Assembly (NCBI RefSeq): GCF_035084215.1
Contig: NC_090356.1
Span: forward strand, 16,616,001 to 16,680,000
Origin: Heptranchias perlo
Taxonomy: Eukaryota
Reading direction: 5' to 3'
Length of the DNA stretch: 64,000 nucleotides
In this document: positions 10,431 to 22,400 of the stretch, piece by piece
How positions within the stretch are numbered: position 1 is the stretch's first letter
How the letters are laid out: each line of letters starts with the position of its first letter
Notes under the pieces: model-generated
Told to the model about the DNA's origin: nothing
The model's database searches: none
What the model saw: only the letters and a program-made list of their open reading frames with translations
Translations under genes and position numbers: made by a program

Positions 10431-13322
10431 CTTAAAAAAAGTCATTAATAAGAATAAAACCGGACGGACCACGAGGCACCAGACACGAAAAGGCAAACCA
10501 AGCCCAATCGACTCTGCAAAGCCCTCCTTACAAACATCTGGGGACTTGTGCCAAAATTGGGAGAGCTGTCCTGCAGACAAGTCAAGCAACAGCCTGACAC
10601 AGCCATACTCTCAGAATCATACCTTTCAGCCAACGTCCCAGACTCTTCCATCACCATCCCTGGGTATGTCCTGTCCAACCGGCAGGACAGACCGACCAGA
10701 GGTGGTGGTGCAGTGATATACAGTCAGGAGGGAGTGGCCGTGGGAGTCCTCAACATTGTCTCTGGATCTCATGGCATCAGGTCAAATATGGGCAAGGAAA
10801 CCTCCTGCTGATTGCAGTCCTCCCTCAGCTGACGAATCAGTCCTCCTCCATGTTAAGCACTGAGGGTAGCAAGGGCACAGAGTGTACTCTGGGTGGGGGA
10901 CTTCAATGTCCATCACCAAGTAGTGGCTCGGTAGCACCACTACGGACCAAGCTGGCCGAGTCCTGAAGGACATAGCTGCTGGACTGGGCCTGTGGCAGAT
11001 GGTGAACGAACCAACACGAGGGGAAAAACCTACTTGACCTCGTCCTCACCAATCTACCTGTCGCAGATGCATCTGTCCATGACAGTATTGGTAGGAGTGA
11101 CCACCGCACAGTCCTCGTGGAGATGAAGTCCAATCTTCGCACTGAGGACACCATCCAACGTGTTGTGTGGCACTATCACTGTGCTAAATGGGTTAGATTC
11201 AGAACAGATCTAGCAGCTCAATACTGGGCATCCATGAGGCGCTGTGGGCCAGCAGCAGCAGCAGAATTGTATTCCAGCACAATCTGTAACCTCATGGCCC
11301 GACATATTCCTCACTCTACCGTTACCAAGAAGCCAGGGCATCAACCCTGGTTCGTAGAGGAGCCTGCCAGGAGCAGCACCAGGCTTACCTAAAAATGAGG
11401 TGCCAACCTGGTGAAGCTACAACTCAGGACTACATGCATGCTAAATAGCGGAAGCAACATGCTATAGACAGAGCTAAGCGATTCCACAACCAACGGATCA
11501 GAGCAAAGCTCTGTAGTCCTGCCACATCCAGTCGTGAATGGTGGTGGACAATTAAACAACTAACGGGAGGAGGAGGCTCTGTAAATATCCCCAACCTCAA
11601 TGATGGTGGAGTCCAGCACGTGAGTGCAAAAGACAAGGCTGAAGCGTTTGCAGCCATCTTCAGCCAGAAGTGCCGAGTGGATGATCCATCTCGGCCTCCT
11701 CCCGATATCCCCACCATCACAGAAGCCAGTCTTCAGCCAATTCGATTCACTCCACATGATATCAAGAAACGGCTGAGTGCACTGGATACAGCAAAGGCTA
11801 TGGGCCCCGACAACATCCCGGCTGCAGTGCTGAAGACTTGTGCTCCAGAACCAGCCGCGCCTCCAGCCAAGCTGTTCCAGTACAGCTACAACACTGGCAT
11901 CTACCTGACAATGTGGAAAATTGCCCAGGTATGTCCTGTCCACAAAAAGCAGGACAAATCCAATCCGGCCAATTACTGTCCCATCAGTCTACTCTCAATC
12001 ATCAGCAAAGTGATGGAAGGTGTCGTCAACAGTGCTATCAAGCAACACTTACTCACCAATAACCTGCTCACCGATGCTCAGTTTGAGTTCCGCCAGGACC
12101 ACTCGGCTCCAGACCTCATTACAGCCTTGGTCCAATCATGGACAAAAGAGCTGAATTCCAGAGGCGAAGTGAGAGTAACTGCCCTTGACATCAAGGCAGC
12201 ATTTGACCGAGTGTGGCACCAAGGAGCCCTAGTAAAATTGAAGTCAATGGGAATCAGGGGGAAAATTCTCCAGTGGCTGGAGTCATACCTAGCACAAAGG
12301 AAGATGGTAGTGGTTGTTGGAGGCCAATCATCTCAGCCCCAGGACATTGCTGCAGGAGTTCCTCAGGGCAGTGTCCTAGGTCCAACCATCTTCAGCTGCT
12401 TTATCAATGACCTTCCCTCCATCATAAGGTCAGAAATGGGGATGTTCACTGATGATTGCACAGTGTTCAGTTCCATTCACAACCCCTCAGATAATGGAGC
12501 AGTCCGTGCCCGCATACAGCAAGACCTGGACAACATCCAGGCTTGGGCTGATAAGTGGCAAGTAACATTTGCGCCAGACAAGTGCCAGGCAATGACCATC
12601 TCCAACAAGAGAGAGTCTAACCACCTCCCCTTGACATTCAACGGCATTACCATCGTCGAATCCCCCACCATCAACATCCTGGGGGTCACCATTGACCAGA
12701 AACTTAACTAGACCAGCCATATAAATACTGTGGCTACAAGAGCAGGTCAGAGCCTGGGTATTCTGCAGCGAGTGACTCGCCTTCCGACTTCCCAAAGCCT
12801 TTCTACCATCTACAAGGCACAAGTCAGGAGTGTGATGGAATACTCTCCACTTGCTTGGATGAGTGCAGCTCCAACACCACTCAAGAAGCTCGACACCATC
12901 CAGGACAAAGCAGCCCGCTTGATTGGCACCCCATCCACCACCCTAAACATTCACTCCCTTCACCACCGGCGCACTGTGGCTGCAGTGTGCACCATCCACA
13001 GGATGCACTGCAGCACCTCCCAAACCCGTGACCTCTACCACCTAGAAGGACAAGAACAGCAGGCACATGGGAACAACACCACCTGCACGTTCCCCTTCAA
13101 GTCACACACCATCCCGACTTGGAAATATATCGCCGTTCCTTCATCGTCGCTGGGTCAAAATCCTGGAACTCCCTTCCTAACAGCACTGTAGGAGAACCTT
13201 CACCACATGGAATGCAGCGGTTCAAGAAGGCGGCTCACCACCACCTTCTCCAGGGCAATTAGGGATGGGCAATAAATGTTGGCCTTGCCAGCTACGCCCA
13301 CATCCCATGAACGAAAAAAAAA
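10116..13322 (+). mobile_element. Near full-length non-LTR retrotransposon (CR1-like group; APE endonuclease + reverse transcriptase), disrupted
   Basis: APE motifs NIWGL, ILSESYL, RQDRPTRGGG, GDFNVHH, LDLVLTN, SDH. RT motifs [26 protein letters not shown] in ORF 11620-12711. The 3' tail GGGCAATTAGGGATGGGCAATAAATG...CACATCCCATGAACG is followed by an A-tract. Several stops and frameshifts. Confidence 0.93.
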
Positions 13323-13331
13323 ACCCTTAGT

Positions 13332-13688
13332 TAGAGTTGCCAACTCTGGTTAGACACGTCCCTAGCGATTTCATCACATGACTACCTGACTCTAATTGCT
13401 CCTGCCATCGGTCACCCAACATGTCCATCCTCGTGGAGCACTGCCTTTCCACGCCAACTGGAAAGCAAACAGACTCTTCATTAGCTGATTGGATGATTCC
13501 CGACTGTGTGTCAAACTGCATTTTTCCCATCTCCAATATTTTTATCAGTAGTAAATGAAGATGAAAAAACACACCATTTTTTTAAATGCCTCTATGATTT
13601 TTCTCCTGGGTTGCTCACAGCAGTGCCCAGGAGATTAATCTTTAATTCCTGGAGACGCCAAGACAATCCTGGAGGGTTGGCAACCCAA
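13332..13688. mobile_element. Non-autonomous DNA transposon (MITE; hAT-like termini)
   Basis: Imperfect terminal inverted repeats tagagttgccaac ... gttggcaaccca; no coding capacity. Confidence 0.6.
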
Positions 13689-14175
13689 CTCTTGCCAGCA
13701 GGGCATAACTTGTGCCCAGTGTTGCTAGAGTGCAAAATTACATATGACGTCATTCCCATATTTGCATAGCAACATAATACACACGCCCTTTTGTGAGTTG
13801 GTGTATTATGTCCTTGCCCCCATGTCACCCTCCCCCATCTTTCAAAATATCCAGATGTTTCCTAATATGGTACCCTTTCACCCAAAGTACATTGTGACGA
13901 CTTTCCTACATCTATAAATGTGTGTTGTTCCCTGGCACACACTTCCCAATACTTCTGTCATTGTCTGTTTGTGATGACGTATGCTTTGTTTGCTTTTTTC
14001 TGTATGATAAATCCTAAATAAAACAATGTTAAAAAACAGCCATTTTCATTGTGTTCCATAAAGATGGATAACAATTCTATTAACATTTAATTTCTGCTTT
14101 ATTATGTGTCCAGATCTCCTGAGTATTACCTTAAAATTCACTCCACTCAGAGGACAACTGGAGGAGGACGAAAAC

Positions 14176-15147
14176 ATGAACAGCTCACAAGAGTTTTTCT
14201 CGCCCTCGAACTGCAGTTACGAGGCTCAGTTCCAGTACTATTTATTTCCAGTAGTCTTCAGCATTGTGTTCATTCTGGGCTTGATTGGAAATGTCTCGGC
14301 CTTGTGCCTACTTACCAAGAAAATGAAGAAAGCCTCCCCATCCTATGTGTACATTACAAACCTGGCTGTTGTAGACATCATTTACATTTGCACCTTGCCC
14401 TTCAGAATCTACTACCACATAAAAAAGAACGACTGGCCCTTTGGGGACATAACCTGCCGGATTACGGGGACCCTCTATTTTGCTAACATATACATTAGCA
14501 TCGCTTTCCTTAGCCTCATTTGCATGGATCGTTACATTGCAGTGGTCCACCCAAGAAAATACATCAGGATGAGAAACACAAACTGCTCGAAGATAACCTC
14601 GGCTCTGGTGTGGCTTGTATCTCTGGCCATCATGCTTCCCTTAGTCTTTGGAGGTTCACTGAACACCACTTTCAGAAACAACAGGACAGCTTGCTTTGAG
14701 AATTTCGACCCTGAGACCTGGAACAAGAGGATGGCGGCGTATAACATTGTGGCATTCTTGTTTGGCTTCATCATTCCGTTTACAGTCATTATGATATTTT
14801 ATCCTTTAGCAGCCAAGCAAATAGCCCAGCTTCAAAGTAGCATCCACAAGGAAAAGGCTTTGACAATGATCCGGGTCATTTTGGTGATCTCAGTTGTTTG
14901 TTTTGTCCCTTATCATGTCACCAATTTATTCTATTTCCTCACACGCTTGGACTTTATTCAAAACTGTGCATTCAGCAGCTTTCTCTACAAGACCCGGCGA
15001 GTTACCATGGCCTTAGTCAGTCTCAACAGCTGCTTAGACCCTCTGATATATTACTTTACAACCTCCCATTTTCAGCTAAATTATGATAGAAAAAAGAGAT
15101 CGCTTCAACAGGTTTACAGCATTTCCTGGCGCAAAACTGTAAGCTGA
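14176..15147 (+). CDS. Class A GPCR of the P2Y/non-EDG LPA receptor group (LPAR6/LPAR4-like), single coding exon, 323 aa
   Basis: Seven hydrophobic segments with GN (TM1), NLAVVD (TM2), WPFG..C, DRY, FIIPF, CFVPYH and NSCLDPLIYYF (DPxxY is typical of P2Y-like receptors). N-glycosylation sites at MNSS and NCS. ATG at 14176 is preferred; an in-frame ATG at 14104 lies upstream of a likely acceptor at 14150. Confidence 0.92.
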   Translation: MNSSQEFFSPSNCSYEAQFQYYLFPVVFSIVFILGLIGNVSALCLLTKKMKKASPSYVYITNLAVVDIIYICTLPFRIYYHIKKNDWPFGDITCRITGTLYFANIYISIAFLSLICMDRYIAVVHPRKYIRMRNTNCSKITSALVWLVSLAIMLPLVFGGSLNTTFRNNRTACFENFDPETWNKRMAAYNIVAFLFGFIIPFTVIMIFYPLAAKQIAQLQSSIHKEKALTMIRVILVISVVCFVPYHVTNLFYFLTRLDFIQNCAFSSFLYKTRRVTMALVSLNSCLDPLIYYFTTSHFQLNYDRKKRSLQQVYSISWRKTVS

Positions 15148-15164
15148 AACAGATGGACACATAC

Positions 15165-15595
15165 GAACGTACAAATTAAGAACAGGAGTAGGCCTTTCGG
15201 CCCCCCGAGCCTGCTCTGCCATTTAATAAGATCGTGGCTGATCTGATTCTGACCTCAACCCTACTTTCCCATCTACCTACTATAACCTTTGACTCCCTTG
15301 TTAATCAGGAATCTATCTAACTCAGCCTTAAAAATCTTCAATGACCCTGCCTCCACCGCTCTCTGGGGAGGGGAGTTCCACAGACGCCCCTCAGAGAGAA
15401 AAGGTTTCTCCTCATCTCCGACTTAAATGAGGGACCCCTTATTTTTAAACTGTGTCCCCTAGTTCTAGTCACTCCCACAAGGGGAACATCCTCTCGACAT
15501 CTACCCCTTCTAGTCCCCTCAGAATCTTACTCTCATTCTTCTAAACTCCAGTGTATACAGGCCCAACTTGTCCAACCTTTCCTCATAAGATAATA
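15165..15595 (-). mobile_element. CR1-type LINE 3' fragment
   Basis: The tail motif aacaggagtaggcc...gagcctgctc...gctgatct is shared with copies at about 29700-29810 and 37341-37545. Confidence 0.75.
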
Positions 15596-16235
15596 CACAT
15601 GTATAAAACGGTAACTCTGAAAAAATGCTTGCTTCGCAATGGTCTTTGCCGAGTTCTGTAGTCTAAATGACAGTTTTCTGCCTTTCTACCCTGGTGCGCT
15701 GGTTAACCTCTGAAACCATGGAACTGACACTCAATAGGTGGTGATCTGTGATTTGGTCACTGGCACCCAGTACCATTTTTCCAAGTCTCTCTGTTCTTGT
15801 AGCAAACACTGTGGTCAAATTTGTCACAGCTCAGTCTCCATGGCAGCACCCTGTGGCTGTGCTCAGTTATCCCACAAAAAGAAAATAAAAACGTGTAATA
15901 AAATAATTATTTACGGTAAGAAGTTTAATTTCACCTGTTAGGGTGTCACAGGTTTATCACAGCTGTTAATTTGTTTTTTTACCTATTTAAAAGTGAGTTA
16001 GCGTTAGATTCATAAGACCAAGGGTTGCTAATGTTCATTAAGGCTAATTACCATTTTAGATAAAATGGATACAACCGAGTACCTACTGACCAAAGTAGAA
16101 TTAGAAAGGTTTCAGGGAGGAAAAGAATGGTAATAAGACAGGAGTACATTTTCCTATGTGCAAAGTTTAACAAAATAGTAGGTGCAGTTACACTGGGGAA
16201 GAAAAGCAGTTATAGAAATTTGTTTCTAAAACAAA

Positions 16236-16378
16236 ATCAAACTACTGCGGAGGCTGGAAATCCGAAATAAAAACAGAAAATGCTGGAAACACTCAGCAGG
16301 TCAGGCAGATAACGTGTTTCTCTCTCCACAGATGCTGCCCGACCCGCTGAGTGTTTCCAGCATTTCCTGTTCTTATTA
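16236..16378. mobile_element. Penelope-like terminal-repeat remnant in fold-back (inverted) arrangement
   Basis: aaatgctggaaacactcagcaggtcaggcag pairs with ctgcccgacccgctgagtgtttccagcattt. Same repeat family as 47016-47155 and 50975-51294. Confidence 0.7.
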
Positions 16379-16489
16379 TGTAAATTTATTTTATTACGAC
16401 TTCTAGTCCCAGTTTTCCTCAAGGCCTGAAATGAGAGTAGAGCAATGGTTTCAAACTTGTCTGTAAGAGCGATGCCTGAATATTTTAGC

Positions 16490-17040
16490 AGATTGTACAA
16501 ACCATCAGCCCTCTCCCCCACCCCTGCAAGTATTACCAGATTCTGGTGACAATCTCTGCAAATATGCCGATATGGTTAGATGAAGTAGGGTGGGGAGGAG
16601 GCTCGTGTGGAGTATAAACCCTGGCATAGACCAGTTGGGCTGAATGGCCTGTTGCTGTGCTGTAAATTCTATGTAAAATATTAGCAGATTCTGAAGAGCT
16701 CCCCTGCAAATACTAATTAATTGCTGGTGAGCTCTGCAAATGGTAACAAATTCCATTCAACCCCTTGCAAATAGTAATAGGCTCCCAGAACGCTTGGAAA
16801 TAATTCATTCCGGGTAACACCCTGCAATATTAAGATATCCCATTGCACCCTCTGCAAATAGTAACAAGTTTGAGTGACCCCTACAAATATTAACAGGTTC
16901 CATTACACCCTGTGCAAATATTAATACGCTCCTGGTGATAGTTTGCAAATATTAACAGATTCCTGGGGATCAACTTGAAAACATAAACACCTGCCTGCCT
17001 GGGGTCCCCCTGCAAATATCAACACACTCCAAGGGGCCCT
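16490..17040. repeat. Degenerate ~31-bp tandem array with CTGCAAATA core, interrupted by a CR1 tail (about 16566-16675)
   Basis: Recurring ccctgcaaatattaac-like units at roughly 30-33 bp spacing. Confidence 0.6.
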
Positions 17041-19393
17041 CTATCTTAATTTTAAAAGGTAGTGTCAGCTAGCCAAAGGAATGCAGTGCTATCGTTGCAG
17101 AAAGCATTTTCTATATCTGTAGCTACAGAAATAATGTGTTACTAAGTCAACAAAGCTGATGATGGATGAATAGAAATCTGATCTCAAGCACCCCTTGCAA
17201 AGTCCGTGCTGGTGGGACCTCAATTTGAAAGCCTAGGGAGGCGGCATTTAAAGGAGAGAAGAAAACCTTGTTAAAGGCGTGTTGTTAATTGTGAAGAACT
17301 TATTAAAGAGTTATATTCTGTGCATTGAAGAGAATGGAGTAATTAAAACCCATTCAGGGTCTCTGCTATTTTACTGATGACATAGATTACTGCAGTATTG
17401 TCCTGTTATATGCACAGTGATTTGCTCAGTACTAAAGTATGAAAACATTCCAGAACCAATCTTACTAATCTGACCTCCAGGTGGTTGGCATTTTGGCCCT
17501 CAAAATAATTTTAGTTTCATTCTTGACTCTTTATTTGAAATGTTAGCCTTATTTTAATTTTGTCTTCATAGGAAATTTAATCCTAATTTTTGTCTTTAGT
17601 TCCCAAGTTTTAGTTTGTATTTTAGTTTTTGGGAAAATGTTAATTCAAAAAAATATTTTGCTTCCATCTTTTCAGGAATTTATGTTTCAAAAATGTCATA
17701 TTTGTTTAATGTCTCAAAACTTATAAGAGTGCAAGAAATATTAAGAAATAATAAACTGGGGTTTGAATGACAACTAAGGTCTTTGTTATGTTTCAGGAAA
17801 TTCTGACTATTTTTCCCACAGAAAGGATTTGAAAGAAAAGTTTCTTTAATGTTGGGTTTAAAAGCAAAGTGTATTCTCACACGTTTTAAAAAGGGCACCT
17901 AGACATAAGGCGGTTAATATGCTAAATAAAAGTTGCTTTCTTGAGAAACTAAACAATGAACAATTTTTTTAGTTTGGTTAGATAATTGAAATATATCTCA
18001 CACCCATTGTGTTGGAATGTCATTTGATCCCTATCTGACTTTGAACAAGAGATAGAAAGATAGAGGCTGAGACACATGCTGGCAAAGAGGCTTTTTGAAA
18101 CAGGATGCCGTGCGGGCAGTCAGATTTTTAAACAGAGAGCTCAAATAGAAACTGAGAAAGTTTAAAAGGCACTCCTCCCATAAACCTTACTTCCTGTTGT
18201 CACAATTTTTAAGGTAACGACTGGTGCCAGATGTAGGCACAACGTTCTAAGAGGCAAAATACCAAAAGCGATGGATTTTGCTCCTGAATCTAAGGCTTGA
18301 GCTATTGCTTGTGGTGGTGAATGTTTGCCAAAGTTCACCTGGATGCGACCAGCTCGTGTCAGGACCCTCTTCAGATTGGAGGGTGTGAGGACAGCCTGGC
18401 AGCAAGTGGAAGCGGACTCAGTCGGAGGGGTCTTACCTTTATTGGGGACCTTGAAGCCTCCCCAGTGATTGTGGCCAGCAGCAAAGTCTCATGAAAGCCT
18501 AAGTGCCGGCAAGAAAAGAAACAAAACACAATTACCAACAAGGGCCCAGAAAAGGTCTCAAAACATTGACCTTCAACATCTGGGGGTGTTTTAAAGGCCC
18601 TCCTGCCTGAAGGTCCACTGAGGGACCGCATTCCCATCAGGTGTCCTAGGAATGTTGGGTACTTGACATACAGCATGCCTGCTGGCCACAAATTGGAGCA
18701 GCGTCCTTTTCCGTCCTCTTTTGAATAGCTTAATAAAGCTTACGCCTGCTTCAGACAGGAGTTTCAAACACCCAGCCCAGGCTGACTGGAAAATGGAATG
18801 GAGTTGAGTTCAGATGGCAATAAAGCAGGATTCCTTGCCACATCATTTCCCATTCCATTAATCCCTGTGTCCAAAATCAAGGAGTAAGGGACACAAACAT
18901 TGGCCTTGAGTTCTCAAGGATACAGATATCCAACAGACTGCAATGTTTACAAAAGCCAACCAGCCCATCTCTGCACAGCAGAGGGCATCATGAAGAACCA
19001 CAAAATTGACCACAAAATCCAAACTGTACTTTTTAATTTTTTTTTTTGCAAACACATATCATATATCATGAGTTTCGGTAAAATAACAAACTGAAATAAA
19101 TCAGTGTGTGAGCCACATCCCTTCTCAATTCCCAACCCAACCCACAGAAACATACCTGATTAGAAAAGCAAAACGGAACCACAGCACAGTACATTCATTA
19201 ACCAAAGGCAAAAAGTCACTCGTGTTGTGTACCTCGGCCCCCATCTCCAATTTTCTATAAACTATAGCGTATTTAACATAACTCCTTGGATCCTAATATG
19301 CATGTTTCTTTTGAATAGGAGGCAAATATAAAAATATCAAAACGGTAATCTTTTGATGCTGGTTTATTTTATCTGTTTCTGCAATCCTGTGGA

Positions 19394-19462
19394 TCAGAGA
19401 GCAATAGACTGAGGCAGCCCTTTCTTTAATAGGGTTATCAGGTAACTGCCCAATTCTTCATC
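19394..19462 (-). CDS. INTS11: INTS11 coding exon 17 (terminal)
   Basis: [22 protein letters not shown]; AG acceptor; AATAAA on the minus strand at about 19363-19368. Confidence 0.92.
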   Translation of the reverse strand, partial: DEELGSYLITLLKKGLPQSIAL

Positions 19463-22400
19463 CTAGAAAAATAAAAATAATGAAGAGTCAGTAAGTAGTG
19501 CATTGTTTACTGCATAAATTCACAAGCACCATCGAGAGCGGGGCCTGTTTCTGGCTGGGGCAGAGATCTCCTTGTACAAGAGGTTGAAACCTGGTAACAT
19601 TAATCACGGCCAATGTGGTCTCCTGGACTAGTTTCAATTGTCTAAGGGGCTGGCGAGGAATTTACCAGATTTCCCCCCCCCCCCAAATTGGCCTGGGTTT
19701 TTAATCTGTTTTTTCACCTGTCCCAAAAGATTGCATGACTCCGGCTCCATGGCTGGATGGACCAGGTGGTCTTTTTTTGACTGTTGTGTATATTCTAGAA
19801 CAGCTCTGTTATTAAAAAGTTTTCTTTTTCATTACCTCTGTGAATCACTTTGAGGTGATTTTCTACGTTATAGGTGCTAAGCAAATGTAATTTATTGTTG
19901 AAACAGTTCATCAAACAGAATGCAATGTGTTAACTAATAATTGTACTTTAGTTTCACTGTGTAGGAATTCCTTTCCTGACCACAGCTTTAGTCAGTTAGA
20001 AACTTTATAAATCAAATGACTTTTCAACTTGTACTTTACTCAAACTTGACTGGGTTAAACTTTAGTAGAAATGTACTAGGTGTAATTTGCATTTTGTTGC
20101 AGATAACCATTTGATTATTTTCTCAATGTGCTATCACATAAAATGTTTGAAAGACTTCTCTGGTGACTACATTGTACAGTCACCGTGCAGCCATACCTCT
20201 GAATAGCTGAAATGGTGACAGGAAAGGACTTCTGGCACAGCAGCAAAGTGGGAGCCAGAAAAATGAAACATGTTCAAAGAGCAGTAAAGTCCTGGCCAGT
20301 TAGCAGATAAAATAAACAATGTGGCGACTGCTGGGATGGTGCAAAGAGGAAGAAATCCTAATCGCTCCACATATTATCAACAGCCAAAGTCAGAAACAGG
20401 TGGCAATTCCACCAACCCACCTCCAAGTAACGGATCACCCAGTCAGTATTATTGTGGGTACCTTGCCTGACCGATTTCAAATGCATGCAGTTGCTTACTG
20501 GAAAATTCCACATTTTCTCATTTAAGTAATAAAACTTGTCTTGGGTCACACAAGTTTATGCAGCACTACAGATTTCTAATTACATAATTTACACATGTCC
20601 CTGAGCAGGTTAAAGACATTGTGGGAATTCACATCTAAATAAGTGAACCAAGCATCTTGACAAAAACGAACAAAAGACAAGCTGAGAGACAGCCAGGCCC
20701 AGTAATTAAACAAAGACATGACTGAGCAACGTGATGAAAAAAATAAAGTTACTCCTGGGTTTAGTTCCCTTTTAATATTGCTGTCACCGGTTTTAAAAGA
20801 TTATAAGGTAGGGGGAAGAAGTAATCACTGTAAATCATCTGTGATCTCTTTGGGGAATTGAGCAAGTAAATTGTCGTGTTGGTGGAGCGAGTTAACAAAC
20901 TACATAGTGAAGAGTCAATCGTAATCATAATCACAAAACTTCCAAGAAACACAATCCAGGTGGTATAATTTCAGAGGACGTTTTGTAAATATAAATAACT
21001 GGTTAAATGGTCAACAAAAAGAAGTGTTCAGTCAGCACCAATTCCCACTGAGGTGACCAGGAGAGATGAGTCAGTTCTGCTCTGTTGCACACTTTAATCC
21101 AGCTGTCACAATCTAATCAGCAAATGGCACAATCACTCACTCAAATTTAATAACACTAATATGGAATTACCATCAATCTACCAATTTTCCCAGAGATGGT
21201 TGCTTCTTAGTTTGAGCGACGGGAAGACACCAACTATATCCAGTCAGCTGTAATCTTTTATACCTTCATTATAAAGAATCGGTTTACGATTCCACTACAC
21301 CTAGCACGCAGCAGAAATCTTCGTCTCATATGGGAAACCCTTAAAGGAGAAGTTCTCTCAATATAAAGTACAACACCTGATTAGCTTAATTTAGAAACTG
21401 TGTAAAATCTGCATTTCAGTGCCACTTTTAAGCTCACACACTTCCCATTAGGTATCCATGTTCTTAAAACCCAAGCATGCAATCAGCTAATCACATTTGC
21501 TGATTTATATGGTTTTGTCTCCTCTTTTCAACCTTGCTGGTGCTCTGCACCTTGGGGCTCCCTCCTTCTGACTTGTCAATAAATGAAAAACCAGTAAGGA
21601 AGCCAATCAGTTTCAGAACTGCTCACTGTAAGGGGCATTCACTGGTAACAGTTAACCAATGAGAGGTCTCTGTGGAATGAAGACATTTATATTACACAGC
21701 TTCTATCAAACGTGACTCTTTGCACATTTTTTCACTTAACTAGAGGGGAGGACTCAACATTGAAACGACTCCCTGTGCACCTGCATATCTTTTATGTACC
21801 AACTTTAAATAAATAATACTTGCATTTATATATTTCCCCTCCTCTTCTCCTGGAGGTGTTAGCTGTTGACTTCTGCTGAGATATAATTTACTTTCCCCTT
21901 TAAGCAGCTATTCAAACTTTTAATATATTGAAGCAAATTCAGCATCCAGAATAACAGTGTTTGCTGGAAGCTTCCAGCCTTATGATTTAAATACAGCTAC
22001 CAAACAAAATGGTCACATAATGGATAAGTGCAAATATGACACAGGACTCTAGAAAGATAAACTATCTACACGGCAAATTACTAAAATTTGTTTTTGGAAA
22101 TGCAAATGTCAGAGTTGCAGGAACTGGGCCTCGTCTCCATGACAGAATAAATTATCCAAATTAACTGGTCTCCCATGAAATTGCTCACAGGTAGTCTGGG
22201 GTCTGATGTTTAGTTACTAACCTGACCTGTCCCTTTCAGGCCACTTGAGTATTTCTATGGCGAGCTGGGTCTGGATTTTCCTTCACTATACCATCCAAAA
22301 GTGGGAGAGAAGGAGGATAAATGGGGCAGGGAAGCTTATCACTGGATCCCCAGAGGAAAATCCAGAAGCTGGTCTATACAGGTCTTGAGATCATTTAGAT

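Noticed and set aside
16490-17040. CRISPR-like repeat-spacer pattern
   Set aside because: The conserved core is only about 9 bp and the spacers are mutually related; it is a decayed minisatellite.
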